IMG/VR virus record: IMGVR_UViG_3300025133_000032
Origin: a virus
Length of the DNA: 64,000 bases
Reading direction: 5' to 3' (one strand)
Shown here: positions 19,548-30,622 of the stretch, piece after piece
How positions within the stretch are numbered: the first letter of the stretch is position 1
Layout: each line of letters begins with the position of its first letter
Translations under genes and position numbers: made by a program
Notes under the pieces: model-generated
Told to the model about the DNA's origin: nothing
Seen by the model: the letters and a program-made list of their open reading frames with translations, nothing else
Databases searched by the model: none

Positions 19548-20455
19548 TTGTTATCACCCAGGCGGTTATTTTTGATTATCTCTTGTGCCATCTCGAGGTG
19601 TCTTTGGACCTCAACTCTGCGAGCCATTGGGACAAGCCCTACAAGCTTTTTTACACGTTCTAACTCAGTTTCGATAGATCTCATTTTCCGTATAGCATTA
19701 CCATCAGGTTTCTTTGGTGTTAGATAGTCTTCATTCATCTCACGAATTAATGTTTTAAGTTCACCATAAGTAATTTTTGCCACAGACTCACTTTTAAGTG
19801 ACGGTACAGCGGATAATATTTTCGCGACATCACTCATCATATTTTTATCTAATGCAACCATGAGCACTTTTTTCAATGTTTTCTTATATCTAGGATCTGA
19901 TTTCGCTTTTGCAATTAAAGGCGGAATAATCTTTCGCAACTCTGCATGAGGTAAGTCGCCCCATGTCGGTTCTTTCATACTTCTTGCTTTATCTGACAAA
20001 GCAACATCACCACGAGCTGAGGGTCGCCCGGTCATCTGCACGTCATTCGCAACAGCATGAACTGAAGCGCCAGGGTTATCTGGACCGCTGGCAGTTCTAT
20101 ACCTTTGTGCTCCAGTTTGGATCTCTTTCCCACGTTGCGCAGGAGACATCCAGACTAACTCTTTCTGTTGAGCATGATGCAAGTTACCGTACTCCCACCA
20201 GTCAAGAGGCTTTGGTTTGCGAAGTTGCCCAAAAACAAGTTTCTCAGGGACGTTTGTCCAGATTTTTGTAGGCCTATTTGAATCATAAACAAACAGCAGG
20301 AACATCCCATGTGTTTGAAATGTTCCATGATTAACATCATCGCCCAGTCGCCCGTAAGCAATTGCCTTCAGCCGTTTAACTTCCTCATGCGGAATATTAC
20401 TTGTCGTTCCAGCTTCATTTATTATGTGTTTAATTTCACCGATGGTCAATTTCAT
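19544..20455 (-). CDS. Putative internal head protein (leader MKLTIGEIKHIINE, internal copy KITYGELKTLIREMNE)
   Basis: Leader motif present twice. Confidence 0.55.
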   Translation of the reverse strand: MKLTIGEIKHIINEAGTTSNIPHEEVKRLKAIAYGRLGDDVNHGTFQTHGMFLLFVYDSNRPTKIWTNVPEKLVFGQLRKPKPLDWWEYGNLHHAQQKELVWMSPAQRGKEIQTGAQRYRTASGPDNPGASVHAVANDVQMTGRPSARGDVALSDKARSMKEPTWGDLPHAELRKIIPPLIAKAKSDPRYKKTLKKVLMVALDKNMMSDVAKILSAVPSLKSESVAKITYGELKTLIREMNEDYLTPKKPDGNAIRKMRSIETELERVKKLVGLVPMARRVEVQRHLEMAQEIIKNNRLGDNK

Positions 20456-20544
20456 CTTATATTGCTCTCTATGTCCCTAGGCTCTTCATACAAGCTCTAT
20501 TGTATACTGGCTATTGGTACATATGGCCCACACAGCGAGTAAAC

Positions 20545-20585
20545 CAGAAGTGATCTTATAAACCCAACTTATAAGATCACTTCTG
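20545..20585 (-). terminator. 17-bp perfect hairpin downstream of the sheath gene
   Basis: cagaagtgatcttataa-acccaac-ttataagatcacttctg; only a short U tract, so terminator or processing stem. Confidence 0.55.
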
Positions 20586-20590
20586 TGTGT

Positions 20591-23500
20591 TTATGCATCT
20601 GAGCCGGCATTTGACACGACGAAGTCAACGCTAATGACTTCAGCAACTCTTGTGGGTTCGACGAATATCTTACCCCTGATAGTGTTATTTTCAATATCAG
20701 CCTGAGTTGTTGTTGTAGTATCAATTATAACTTTGAAACGTGCTACACCTTGTTGCTCTTGAATTCTCTGTAAGACAGGGTTAACAAGACTAGAGAACCG
20801 GTTTAGTGTTGATTCTCTATTAGGCTCAAAAATAATTTGATTTGAAATTGAACGTACTTGACGTCTGATTTCAATCATAAGTCTTCTGACATTTACTCTA
20901 TCAACTGCAGATTGTGCAGCATGCAAAGTTTTTTGCCCAAATACAACAACCCCATCACTCCCAGGGAATGAAACAAGCGGGTTGATACTAGCGTCTTGTA
21001 GTGTATCCATATTAGAACGATTCAATAATAACGAAGCATTATCCGTAGTTTGAAGTGCTCCTCTAACGAATCCTGCTGGAGCATTCCATGGGAATCCTAC
21101 AGAGTCATTCAAAGAGAATGCTCCCAATACTGCAACAGACGGCGGTACTTGCGTTGGCAAATTCGTGAATGGGTTATTAATAACCACATCTGGGAAATAT
21201 GCTGCAGCAAAGCTGCTATCCAAACCTCGGCCGTTAAACTGCGTCGCAGTATTTGTGACATGAACGTTTTGCACAGATGCTGTAACAACGGCATTGATTT
21301 CATCACGCTCTTCTACATCCATGATATACAGAGCATCGAATCTATCATTTTCGACTGTATCAACACCAGCATCGGATACGACTGAATGTCTAATTCCGGG
21401 AATCGCAAGAAGCTTGATATCGACGTCAGTCGTATCACCCATTATCTGCAGTCCCTTTCTATACGACTTCACAGTTGAACCGTTATTTAGATGTCTTGCT
21501 GAATCATCCATTTCTTGCTTCACAGCAATATTGGTTAGCTCATTAGACTCTTTATCGAATATATTCGTTCCATCATAACCACCCTGGACAAAGAAGTTGA
21601 ACTTAGCGATCGTTCTAACAGTTAAATCTCCGAAGTCTGTAGCAACGCTTAACGCTCTCGTCTTGTTCGCAGCATTGGCGCTGATTTGACCATTTCTTAC
21701 ATACGACATGCTTGCAAGTTCTTTTGCATCAACTATACCGTTCGATGCTGTTCTAACCTGGATTCTGTCTAGTGAGAAAATGTTATTATTATATAAATCA
21801 CTATCTAAAACAGTTCCATTAGAGTTAGCAACACCTGCGTTTTCCCCGACCTGGACATTTCTCAATGATGTCTGGAAATTTGGGAAATACTTAGTCAAAC
21901 TTCTGATTGTCTTATTCTCAACTTTCGATGAGTTAGGCTCCGTAAGTGATGTTTTTTGTGTAAACTGGACTCCCCAATAAAGTGACTTATTGACAATGAC
22001 CTTTGGATCAATTCCTTGTGCAATATTATCTCTAAATGGGATTGGTAATTCGACGACCCTCTTTAAGCCTTCGTTGCCATAGTCAGTCAAGCCTGCAGAA
22101 GCAGCAGTAGAACCACTAATTGCCGTTAGAGGATCAGAGCCTGAGGTTATTAAGTGTGCAGGCCCTCTAAAGCCAATGGGTAATGATGTAGGGCTTATCT
22201 CTTCGTCGTCAACCCTTTGATCAATCGCAACCCTAATTAGATTTGAAACATTAGGATATTTGCCTTCAACAACAAGCTTTTGGCCAGATGAATTTTTGTC
22301 AAAATCATAATATGCATTCAAATCGCCAATCCGGCGCCCGATATAGTTTTGTGATGTAGGATCAAGGTTAAGCCCGGAAAAGCTTTCCAAGATTACACGG
22401 TTCTCATCAGTATCACCGAACCTTCTTACAAGAAGGTCAAACGTACCGAATTGGTCATCATTAACGTTTGACTTTGCAATATTCTGAATTGATATCTTAT
22501 ATTTCTCGTTAGACTCGCGGCCATCCGACAGCATAAAGACTCTAAACAGATTTATTGGGTTTCCACCAAACTTTTGTGAAATTACTGTAGGCGATGAAGG
22601 AGTCGAATACCTATCTTCAAAGTTTTCGTAATTTGGTGCTGTAGTTGCGCCAGTATTTCTAGGTGCAGAGCCTGTAAGCAAAAATGCTACTGGCTCTTTT
22701 GATGCAGCCGAAGCAGCATAGTTACCAGCAGCGATGACTCCAGTACCCGTTACTGCAGCATATGATGGATGAATATCATAGTGTGAGTAAAGATAATGGC
22801 CAGCAACCTCAATCTTCGTAGGGTCTTGGTTTAATACATTACCGAGGTAATTAGGTGCAGTCTGATCAAACGATGCTGTTATAACATTCGGATATGATGC
22901 ATCATTTCCCTTATGACCATTAAGCAATAATACAAAGTTTTGATTTCCGCCTAATAAATCAACAGAGCCCGTCATAGCCCCATTTGGTCCTGCAGACGTT
23001 GCGACCTGCGCGACAGCAGGGGCTCCAGATGGAGACACTGAGGATGAAAGCATTGGTACAACACCAGATGCTGCCATCACTATACCCCTAACAATCGGGA
23101 CTGCGACAGCAACAGTTGCAGTTCTGTGTGCAATACCTGCATCAGAGAAAATGGATGAACCATTTGACTCAGACATGTATGTTCCCAAAATGTGCATTCT
23201 GCCTTTTGGACCAGTGCTATTTGCGTATGCGTTATCACCGAGGTTACCATTAGCTCCCGGAATCTGTTGCCCGACAACAAACCCAGCACCTTCTACGCTA
23301 CCAAGATTATTTCCAGTTGTAAGCCTCTTTTCTCCGCGACCTGCGCCAAGAACTCTTAAGAAGGTTACAGCCCGAGCATTACGTAACCATTCAGCTACAG
23401 CAATCGGCCCGAACTTTGTTCCATCAGAACCGCCGAATTTAACAACGAAATCCGGAAGTGATCCAACAGTAACTGGAACGAACGCAGGACCACGCTCTGC

Positions 23501-23608
23501 GGCACCAATAACACCGGCAGGAACGCCTACAGGCGTTACATTTTGCGGACCGGTTAAATCTATTTCTCTGACGCTTACGCCAGGTGATCTTCCACTAAGT
23601 TCGACCAT
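20591..23608 (-). CDS. Tail sheath protein (T4 gp18-like), copy B
   Basis: SPGVSVREIDL, GPAFVP, PWNAPAGFVRG, FGQKTL...DRVNVRRLMI and RGKIFVEPTR motifs. Confidence 0.93.
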   Translation of the reverse strand: MVELSGRSPGVSVREIDLTGPQNVTPVGVPAGVIGAAERGPAFVPVTVGSLPDFVVKFGGSDGTKFGPIAVAEWLRNARAVTFLRVLGAGRGEKRLTTGNNLGSVEGAGFVVGQQIPGANGNLGDNAYANSTGPKGRMHILGTYMSESNGSSIFSDAGIAHRTATVAVAVPIVRGIVMAASGVVPMLSSSVSPSGAPAVAQVATSAGPNGAMTGSVDLLGGNQNFVLLLNGHKGNDASYPNVITASFDQTAPNYLGNVLNQDPTKIEVAGHYLYSHYDIHPSYAAVTGTGVIAAGNYAASAASKEPVAFLLTGSAPRNTGATTAPNYENFEDRYSTPSSPTVISQKFGGNPINLFRVFMLSDGRESNEKYKISIQNIAKSNVNDDQFGTFDLLVRRFGDTDENRVILESFSGLNLDPTSQNYIGRRIGDLNAYYDFDKNSSGQKLVVEGKYPNVSNLIRVAIDQRVDDEEISPTSLPIGFRGPAHLITSGSDPLTAISGSTAASAGLTDYGNEGLKRVVELPIPFRDNIAQGIDPKVIVNKSLYWGVQFTQKTSLTEPNSSKVENKTIRSLTKYFPNFQTSLRNVQVGENAGVANSNGTVLDSDLYNNNIFSLDRIQVRTASNGIVDAKELASMSYVRNGQISANAANKTRALSVATDFGDLTVRTIAKFNFFVQGGYDGTNIFDKESNELTNIAVKQEMDDSARHLNNGSTVKSYRKGLQIMGDTTDVDIKLLAIPGIRHSVVSDAGVDTVENDRFDALYIMDVEERDEINAVVTASVQNVHVTNTATQFNGRGLDSSFAAAYFPDVVINNPFTNLPTQVPPSVAVLGAFSLNDSVGFPWNAPAGFVRGALQTTDNASLLLNRSNMDTLQDASINPLVSFPGSDGVVVFGQKTLHAAQSAVDRVNVRRLMIEIRRQVRSISNQIIFEPNRESTLNRFSSLVNPVLQRIQEQQGVARFKVIIDTTTTTQADIENNTIRGKIFVEPTRVAEVISVDFVVSNAGSDA

Positions 23609-23645
23609 CGTTTATCTCATCTCCTAAGGTTAACCCTTAAGCCCC

Positions 23646-26600
23646 TTACTCTGCGAAACTTACGCCCGCGTTCGTTATAATAAAATCAATCGCAACAAAC
23701 TCTACAGTTCTGGTTGGTACCAGTTCAATACGCCCATTAAGTTTATTATTCTCAATGTCATCCTGCGTATTGTTAGTTTCGTTCATAACAACTTTGAATT
23801 TCTCTATTCCTGCCTGCATTTGTACAAGAGCTAGCCTAGGTGTAATTTGATTTACCCAGCGTGCCCTTGTTTGAGGCGTGTTCTGTTCAAATACGAATCC
23901 TGCTCTCGAAATATCAGAAACTATTCTCTTTACTTCAAGTAACATTCTTCTAACATTCACTCTATCAAGTGCCGACTTTGCTTGCTGCATTGTCTTTTGC
24001 CCAAATATTACGAATGTGGGCGAAGTTCCCTGTCTAGGGAAGTTTGCGATAGGATTAATATTTGACTCTTGTAATCTATCTCGATCACCTTTATTCAATC
24101 GTACATCAGTATTCGAAACAAAATCAAGAGCACCACGATTGAATCCAGCTGGAGCAAACCATGGGAATCCGACCTTATCATTATACGCCAACGCCCCAAG
24201 CGCAGCTACTGAAGGCGGTACTTTTACCTTTTTGCTTGTCACACTATCTGTAATTACGACATCTGGGAAATACGCAGAAACATAGTTATTATCAAGTGCA
24301 CGAGTATCAAGTTGTTCTGATGTTTTCTCTACATCAGGTTTAGTACTATCAGTATCAAATAATCTTGTAGTGTTCTCGTCGTATCCAACAAGGTCTTGTA
24401 AATAAATGGCGAGACCATACTCTTTGATTCTAGTTGCAGCATGATCTGTGATAAAGGAATCCCTTATTCCTGGAATCGCAAGGATATTTGTGTTAACAGT
24501 TAGTTCATCTGTCATAATCCTTGATGCTGCACGATATGAGAATACTGTATTGTTTTCTTGACCAGCCCCCGCGATATTAGTCGTTAAACCAGGTGACGTG
24601 TAAGCAGAATTTGCGCCTCCACCTGTATCACTAGATGATGCTTTATCATTTAATCTTGATGCATCAACATCTAATATATTAACGCCATCATAGCCGCCAG
24701 CCATAAAGTTAGTAAACTTTGTGAAACTAGAGAACTTATTAAACTCTGCTGATGACGTTAGGTTTACCAATGTACCAAGCGTAACCCTGTTAACGGCTAG
24801 GCTATCAACCACTCTGTAATCATTAGGGTTTGGACTTCCGTTTCTAATGTATGCAGTTTCACGCATATGCTCTGCTGCAGACGCTGTAACAGCAGCAACA
24901 GATGTGTTACTAAGTGCGACCTTCGCTAGCGAAAATTTGTTATTGCAAAAAGTATCTGCGCTTGATCCAGTAACCAATGCATCGAGCTTCGAAATTCCCA
25001 AGAACTTCGAGTATGACTTGACTAATGGGTTAATTACTGAAGATACATTTGGGTTTAGGATAGCATCTGTGATTGAACCTGTAGCAGGTACTTTCGTAAA
25101 CTTAACTCCCCAATATAATCTAGAGTCGACGATTTCTGCAGCACCTGGTTGTCCAACAAAACTTGATGCCGTAGTCGTTATTCCCTTTGTTACCTTAAAT
25201 GTATGAGGAACTGGGGGAACAATAGATGATGTACCAAATAACGCCCCGATTCCAACGCCGGTCAATCTACGTGATACGCTTGTATCAGCAGCTGTATCAA
25301 CCAGCATATCATTAGTATTTAATAAAGACTGTCCCCTAAACCCAAATGGAAGTGCTGTTGCAGGAATATATCTTTTTTCTATGTCTGGATTAATTACAAT
25401 TCTAACCAACGCAGACTTATTAGGGAATCTTCCTGTCACTCTTACGCGACGTTCATCTTCTCTATCAGTGTCGAAAACAAACTCTGCCTTCATATCACCG
25501 ATAACGGCAGCGACATAATTCTCGCTGCTTGGGTCCAATGAACATACTGGATATTGTTCTAAAATTTCTGGCTTAAGGTCAGTGTCATTAAATGATCTTA
25601 CCTGTACTGCGAATGTTCCATATTCATTTGCTGGATCAACAGATTTTCTAACATTTGCAATTGAAATCTTGTACTTATCATTTGCAAATTTTCCATCAGA
25701 AATTGACTCAAAGCTAAATAAGTCATATTCTTTCGTTCCATATGGTTGCGAAATAAAATCAGTCGTTGAGGGTGTTTGGAACCTTGTATCAAACCTACCG
25801 TATACATCTCTGAATGTTTCTGATGTATCACCTGACGTCGATGATGTGTTTGTTGTTCCTGATAGAACCATAACAGAGCCAGTCGTAGCAGACACTGGTG
25901 CTAATTCGTCTTCAACACCGAAGTCAGCGTATAACAAATGCTCTTCAGTATTGAACTTTGTAGGGTCGGTATTTAATATCTTCCCAATATAGTTGTCGCT
26001 TGTAGGATTAAATGATGCAGTAAGTACCCTAATAGCTGTTAAGCCATCAGATGTTGCATAATTTGGTGTCGAAGACGAAATAACAAGCTTAAACATCCCG
26101 TCCATTTCGCCAGCTGCAGCCAATGTAGCAACATCATCATGATCAGATATACTGGGTACAACTTCCTGAGCGCCATCAAGGACCATCATTCTTGTTCCAG
26201 ATGCGACCATAATCATAGCACGGATAAGGTTGACGTCAGTTAACCCGAATGAGTCATTATCAGTAAATACTGGATAACCAAACGCCTCATTCGCTCGTGG
26301 CGTATGTCGAGCAGCTAAGAACATCGTCCCGCCATTATCTCTAGCCCATACATCTTTACCTGCCGATGCTGCTAGCGAAAAGCCAGCATTTTTTACTGTG
26401 CCCTGTGTTCTAGTTACTTCGATATCAGTGACAGTATCATTTGCACCTGCTCCCAATACTCTCGTGTATGTAACCGCAGACCTGTGCTTTAAAAACTCAT
26501 TTACTGCGTAGGGCCCAAACCTCTTTGAGTTCATTTGCCCAAACTTCGATTTAAAGTCTGGAATTGAACCCACTGTAACTGGGACAAATGCTGGACCCTT

Positions 26601-26720
26601 TTCTGCTGTACCAATGATACCTGCAGGAGTCCCTAGTGGCGCCTGTTGGCGCTGTGTTAAATCGATTTCTCTTTCAAAAAACCCCGGTGATCTAAAAGTC
26701 TGCTCTGGCATATTATACAA
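23646..26720 (-). CDS. Tail sheath protein (T4 gp18-like), copy A
   Basis: SPGFFEREIDL, PWFAPAGFNRG and FGQKTMQ...LDRVNVRRMLL motifs. Confidence 0.93.
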   Translation of the reverse strand: MYNMPEQTFRSPGFFEREIDLTQRQQAPLGTPAGIIGTAEKGPAFVPVTVGSIPDFKSKFGQMNSKRFGPYAVNEFLKHRSAVTYTRVLGAGANDTVTDIEVTRTQGTVKNAGFSLAASAGKDVWARDNGGTMFLAARHTPRANEAFGYPVFTDNDSFGLTDVNLIRAMIMVASGTRMMVLDGAQEVVPSISDHDDVATLAAAGEMDGMFKLVISSSTPNYATSDGLTAIRVLTASFNPTSDNYIGKILNTDPTKFNTEEHLLYADFGVEDELAPVSATTGSVMVLSGTTNTSSTSGDTSETFRDVYGRFDTRFQTPSTTDFISQPYGTKEYDLFSFESISDGKFANDKYKISIANVRKSVDPANEYGTFAVQVRSFNDTDLKPEILEQYPVCSLDPSSENYVAAVIGDMKAEFVFDTDREDERRVRVTGRFPNKSALVRIVINPDIEKRYIPATALPFGFRGQSLLNTNDMLVDTAADTSVSRRLTGVGIGALFGTSSIVPPVPHTFKVTKGITTTASSFVGQPGAAEIVDSRLYWGVKFTKVPATGSITDAILNPNVSSVINPLVKSYSKFLGISKLDALVTGSSADTFCNNKFSLAKVALSNTSVAAVTASAAEHMRETAYIRNGSPNPNDYRVVDSLAVNRVTLGTLVNLTSSAEFNKFSSFTKFTNFMAGGYDGVNILDVDASRLNDKASSSDTGGGANSAYTSPGLTTNIAGAGQENNTVFSYRAASRIMTDELTVNTNILAIPGIRDSFITDHAATRIKEYGLAIYLQDLVGYDENTTRLFDTDSTKPDVEKTSEQLDTRALDNNYVSAYFPDVVITDSVTSKKVKVPPSVAALGALAYNDKVGFPWFAPAGFNRGALDFVSNTDVRLNKGDRDRLQESNINPIANFPRQGTSPTFVIFGQKTMQQAKSALDRVNVRRMLLEVKRIVSDISRAGFVFEQNTPQTRARWVNQITPRLALVQMQAGIEKFKVVMNETNNTQDDIENNKLNGRIELVPTRTVEFVAIDFIITNAGVSFAE

Positions 26721-26785
26721 GCTCCTGTCTATTGGCTACCATGCTATCAATTAATTATGATTGTCATGACATAAAATTTCTTTTA

Positions 26786-28021
26786 CTAGAAATTAATATC
26801 GTCAATCTTTGTTATTAGTCTCTTACTTATCACGGTTTCTCCCTTTCTTTGGTTCCGTGAAAGTACTTTTAAGTGTCTTGTAGTATCTTTCCCTGAGAAT
26901 GGATCCTTCACAATGTCTAACACTTTTAAAGTGTCAATACGCTCTGATTCTACTCGATTGCCTCTTTTATCAAGCTTATCAACATCACTCAGTATAAATT
27001 TGTCAACGTTACCAGTACCCACGGGTGATTCTGCCTGGATAGAAGCAGGGACTGTACCTTCATGTAATCCAAATGATAGCTGCGGCGCAGATAAAAATCG
27101 CCTAAATGGGATTCCTGAGCCTTTTCTTTCGATTGCATGAAAATATGCCGGAACTTTCATTGTAAATTTATACTTCACAAATCTTTCGTCACCAGTATAT
27201 TCTGTGAAATTGTCTTCTGACGAAAAATCATCATCGACATACCCGACGAACCAGTACCCTTTATCTGTGTCTAATCTAAACTGGTTTCCCTGCGCATCAT
27301 ATGATGTCATAAATCTTTCTATTAAAGAATTCATGTGCTGGACGTACTGTGTCCAAAATGTTATTTCATACAATGCAGTATAGAAATGCGGGAAAGGCAT
27401 AGTAATGATTTCAACAATGTTTTTAGAAATATCAGGTGCTAACATTTCGCCAGTAATTGTATTGAATGTTTTTTGCTGGTGCCGCCTGCTGGCAACAGTA
27501 CCTTGGTTAGAGCCTTGGGGCGCACCATCAGAAATACGATTATTTACTGTCGCTACGTTATCTTGATTTTCTAATTGTAGCTTATTCAAAAGATTTTGAA
27601 ATTTTGGATCTTTCTTAGATAGTCTTTTTTTAATGACTATCTCGCCTGTATCTTGGCCCATACCCCTCCCGGGGATAGTACCATGCTCTGATTGTTCTAT
27701 AGATGTTCTTCTTATAGAAACAAGTGGCAGAATAAATGCACCACTATTATCTTTCGGTGGCTTTCCCCGTTTTATAATAGCGAATCTTTCACCACCAGCA
27801 AAGATAGTGTCTACAGGAACCGTTTGTTGCCCAGCGGACACCTCAAGCTTCAGCTTCTTATTAAATAATGTGAACATAGCTCGATCGACATCTGCTAAGT
27901 CAGCACCCGGGATATGAAAATCTGTAGGGATATTAGTACCCTTAACACCATCAGGTAGTTTCCCTTCATCATCAATTCTATCATGGATCGAGAATGTACG
28001 AGCTGTTTTATCGTCTGTCAT
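26786..28021 (-). CDS. Tail terminator/sheath stabiliser (gp15-like)
   Basis: ILPLVSIRRTSIE and YEITFWTQYVQHMNSLIE; between neck and sheath genes. Confidence 0.65.
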   Translation of the reverse strand: MTDDKTARTFSIHDRIDDEGKLPDGVKGTNIPTDFHIPGADLADVDRAMFTLFNKKLKLEVSAGQQTVPVDTIFAGGERFAIIKRGKPPKDNSGAFILPLVSIRRTSIEQSEHGTIPGRGMGQDTGEIVIKKRLSKKDPKFQNLLNKLQLENQDNVATVNNRISDGAPQGSNQGTVASRRHQQKTFNTITGEMLAPDISKNIVEIITMPFPHFYTALYEITFWTQYVQHMNSLIERFMTSYDAQGNQFRLDTDKGYWFVGYVDDDFSSEDNFTEYTGDERFVKYKFTMKVPAYFHAIERKGSGIPFRRFLSAPQLSFGLHEGTVPASIQAESPVGTGNVDKFILSDVDKLDKRGNRVESERIDTLKVLDIVKDPFSGKDTTRHLKVLSRNQRKGETVISKRLITKIDDINF

Positions 28022-28033
28022 CTGTATACCTCA

Positions 28034-28708
28034 TTAGCTCTCATCATCATAAAATCCAGAACTTGTTTTACGCCCCTGTGAACCCTTTGGTGAAACCTCT
28101 TTTGGCCTAGAGATAGGACGTTCAAGCACACCTTTCTTTTGAAGGTCTCTAACATCGCCTGTTTCGCCTATCCTTATGTCTGTAGGGAAACCTCTCTGTT
28201 GTACAAACGTTTCTTGTACTGCATCAGGATCGGAGTATGCCTCGCTTGTAGGACCGAACAGCTTAGAAACAAACTGTGTCTTTCTTGCTTGCTTGCCGAA
28301 TATATGCCAACCGACTGTGTGTTCAATTTCGCCATATACATTATTAGTCGTAACATACTTTGTTATTTCAAAAAATACATCACCAAAACTGAAGAAATCG
28401 CCCTCGGATAGCTCGATCTGTTTATCTAGAAGATCACGTCCATGAACCCAAACTTCAATGTCAAACATAGTCTCAGATCCAAACTCACTTGTTTTGACGA
28501 CTTCAGATTGATATTCAACCATCGCATCAAGAGCTATTGGTGTATCAAATATTTTTTCTGGAGACTCCATGTATATATCATGGACTTTCGTCTTAAGTTC
28601 ATTAATAGAGAAATAATAAATCTTTTGGCCAATGACATCTTTAATTATTTCTTTAGTAATATCACTAATGAAATCAACTTCTCTTGGAGTTATAAACAAG
28701 CGTGCCAT
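28034..28708 (-). CDS. Neck/head closure protein (gp14-like)
   Basis: DVIGQKIYYF, VHDIYME and EGDFFSFGDVFFEIT; position in the neck module. Confidence 0.7.
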   Translation of the reverse strand: MARLFITPREVDFISDITKEIIKDVIGQKIYYFSINELKTKVHDIYMESPEKIFDTPIALDAMVEYQSEVVKTSEFGSETMFDIEVWVHGRDLLDKQIELSEGDFFSFGDVFFEITKYVTTNNVYGEIEHTVGWHIFGKQARKTQFVSKLFGPTSEAYSDPDAVQETFVQQRGFPTDIRIGETGDVRDLQKKGVLERPISRPKEVSPKGSQGRKTSSGFYDDES

Positions 28709-28753
28709 CGTTAGTAATAGATATGACAGCCAACAGCAGATTATAGTTTATGG

Positions 28754-30492
28754 TTATAGCAAATTTTCGCTTGTGACCATAAAATTCTTTTCTAAATTAT
28801 ATTTTGCCCATCCTCTAATCATTGCATGCTTATCATTTGCAAGAGCTGCCACAATCTCTTTGGGTGTGTGTCTATTAAATGCCACAGAAATTCTTACGTT
28901 AACTGATCTATCTTTTGCAAGAGCAGCAAAATATCCAGGCTCCAGGGATTTACTTTTAGCTATCTCTGACCTTACTGCTGCTGCCCTGTCCTTCATTAGA
29001 ACTTTTAAAGTTTTAAGAGAGATGCTATTATTCGATGCCAAAGCAATTCTTACTTCTTTAGATTTGTCATTTACAAGAAGGTCTAAAATATGAGGTGCTA
29101 TACTCGGGCTACCCGCGACACTCTGTCTTACTTTTGTACTTTCGTCATTCATCAAAAGCTTCAAAGTTTCCTTCGGGGTATTAGGGTTACTTGGTAAGTA
29201 GCTCCTTACAACTTCACTTTCATCATCTACAAGAAGTTTTAAAGCTCCAGGTGGTGTATTGTCATTATTGCTTATTGCGCCCCTTACGCGCCAATCTTCA
29301 TCTTTTGCAAGGTTCATTAGGATTTTGGGTGATATCTTCTTACTACGAGCTACCATTCCCCTTATTTCTGCGTCTGTATCATTCATTAGGTTGCCTAAGG
29401 TCTCTGGTGAGGTATAGCGATTAAGTGCTACTGCAAATCTTACCTCTCTATCTTCATCTTTTGCAAGGCGCTCTAAAACTTCTGTATGTTTATTTTGCTT
29501 TATGGCTGCGGCCCTGCGGTCACTAGGATCAGCACTCTTTGACATTTTTATTGCTTGCACACTCGAGTATTCATTAATATATTCTTGAACATCATTAGAT
29601 AAGTGAAGAGCATGTCGGTGGCCAATCGCATTAAGTAAAGCGAAATATGCTGGTGGTCTAAGGCCATTAGTGAGCTTTTTAAACCTAGGAACCGACGAAA
29701 CAGCTCTTTTGACGTCTGCTAGCGCTGGATGTTCCCCTATTTTTCTTGAGTGACTTTCAATTGCAGTAAGAATACTTTTTTCCTCTACTTTAAAGACTTT
29801 CTTAAAATTAAATGTTCCGTTGTTCATATTAACAGTAATGCCGCCATATCCTGGGCCTTGAACTTTCCCCTGTATTGTTCCAATTGACCACTTTCTTTTC
29901 TTGTTGTTCTTGTCGAAAACATAATAAAGAATTATGTTACCTGCAAGAACATAACTATAGAATAAATTTTCGCCTTTAGTTATTGCAGTGCACCATGTTG
30001 TGCCGCGCCCAAGCGCGCACGAAGCATCCAAACTTCTTGGCATCAGAACAACAAAATTTTCTGATTCATAAACTTTGTCAGCATCGCCAGATGCTACTTC
30101 AAAGTTTATCTTAGAATCATCCGGAAGCTCTTCAAGCTTCCGGTGCAAGTCACCAGCTGTTTTGTAACCGTTGATGTCAGCATCTCTTCCTTTTAATTTT
30201 TGGCGACTCTTTGCAGAATCAAAAGAAATGACCAAGGGAGTAATGTCTCTTAAAGGTTCTTGATTTGAACGTGAAACACGTTCAAGCCATTGAAGGTATT
30301 GTTTTAGCTTAGCTTGAGGTAGAACTTGAAGTTTTTCGAAAACTTCATCCCATTCTTCTGGAGAGCGATTTGACTTTGCTTTAATGTCATCAATGCAGCT
30401 TCAGTTAGAAGCTGCGAAACGAAACTTCGAAGATTATTTTCTGCAAGCTGATTTGAGATAACTTTTCGAAGTTCTTTGACTTTGATTAGCAT
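28754..30492 (-). pseudogene. WCTA (PcfJ-like) domain plus 26-aa LRV/HEAT-like repeat protein, copy 1, split by a 1-nt deletion near 30394
   Basis: Track ORFs 30304..30492 and 28754..30235 join if one base is restored (GCT GC- ATT GAT versus GGT GCG ATT GAT in the paralog). Confidence 0.8.
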
Positions 30493-30622
30493 ATAGTATT
30501 AAATATGTAGCCAAAATCATTTTGCACCAGATATCAATCAAGTTCTATAAATGTAGGATTTCCTGTGCCGACTGATTGAAATTGAATGCTTGACATTATT
30601 TGTCCTTCTTGAGTTTAACTGA

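Noticed and set aside
1-28708. Interpretation as a tailocin or eCIS because of two sheath genes
   Set aside because: Capsid, portal, terminase, scaffold, protease and neck genes are all present, so this is a complete phage.
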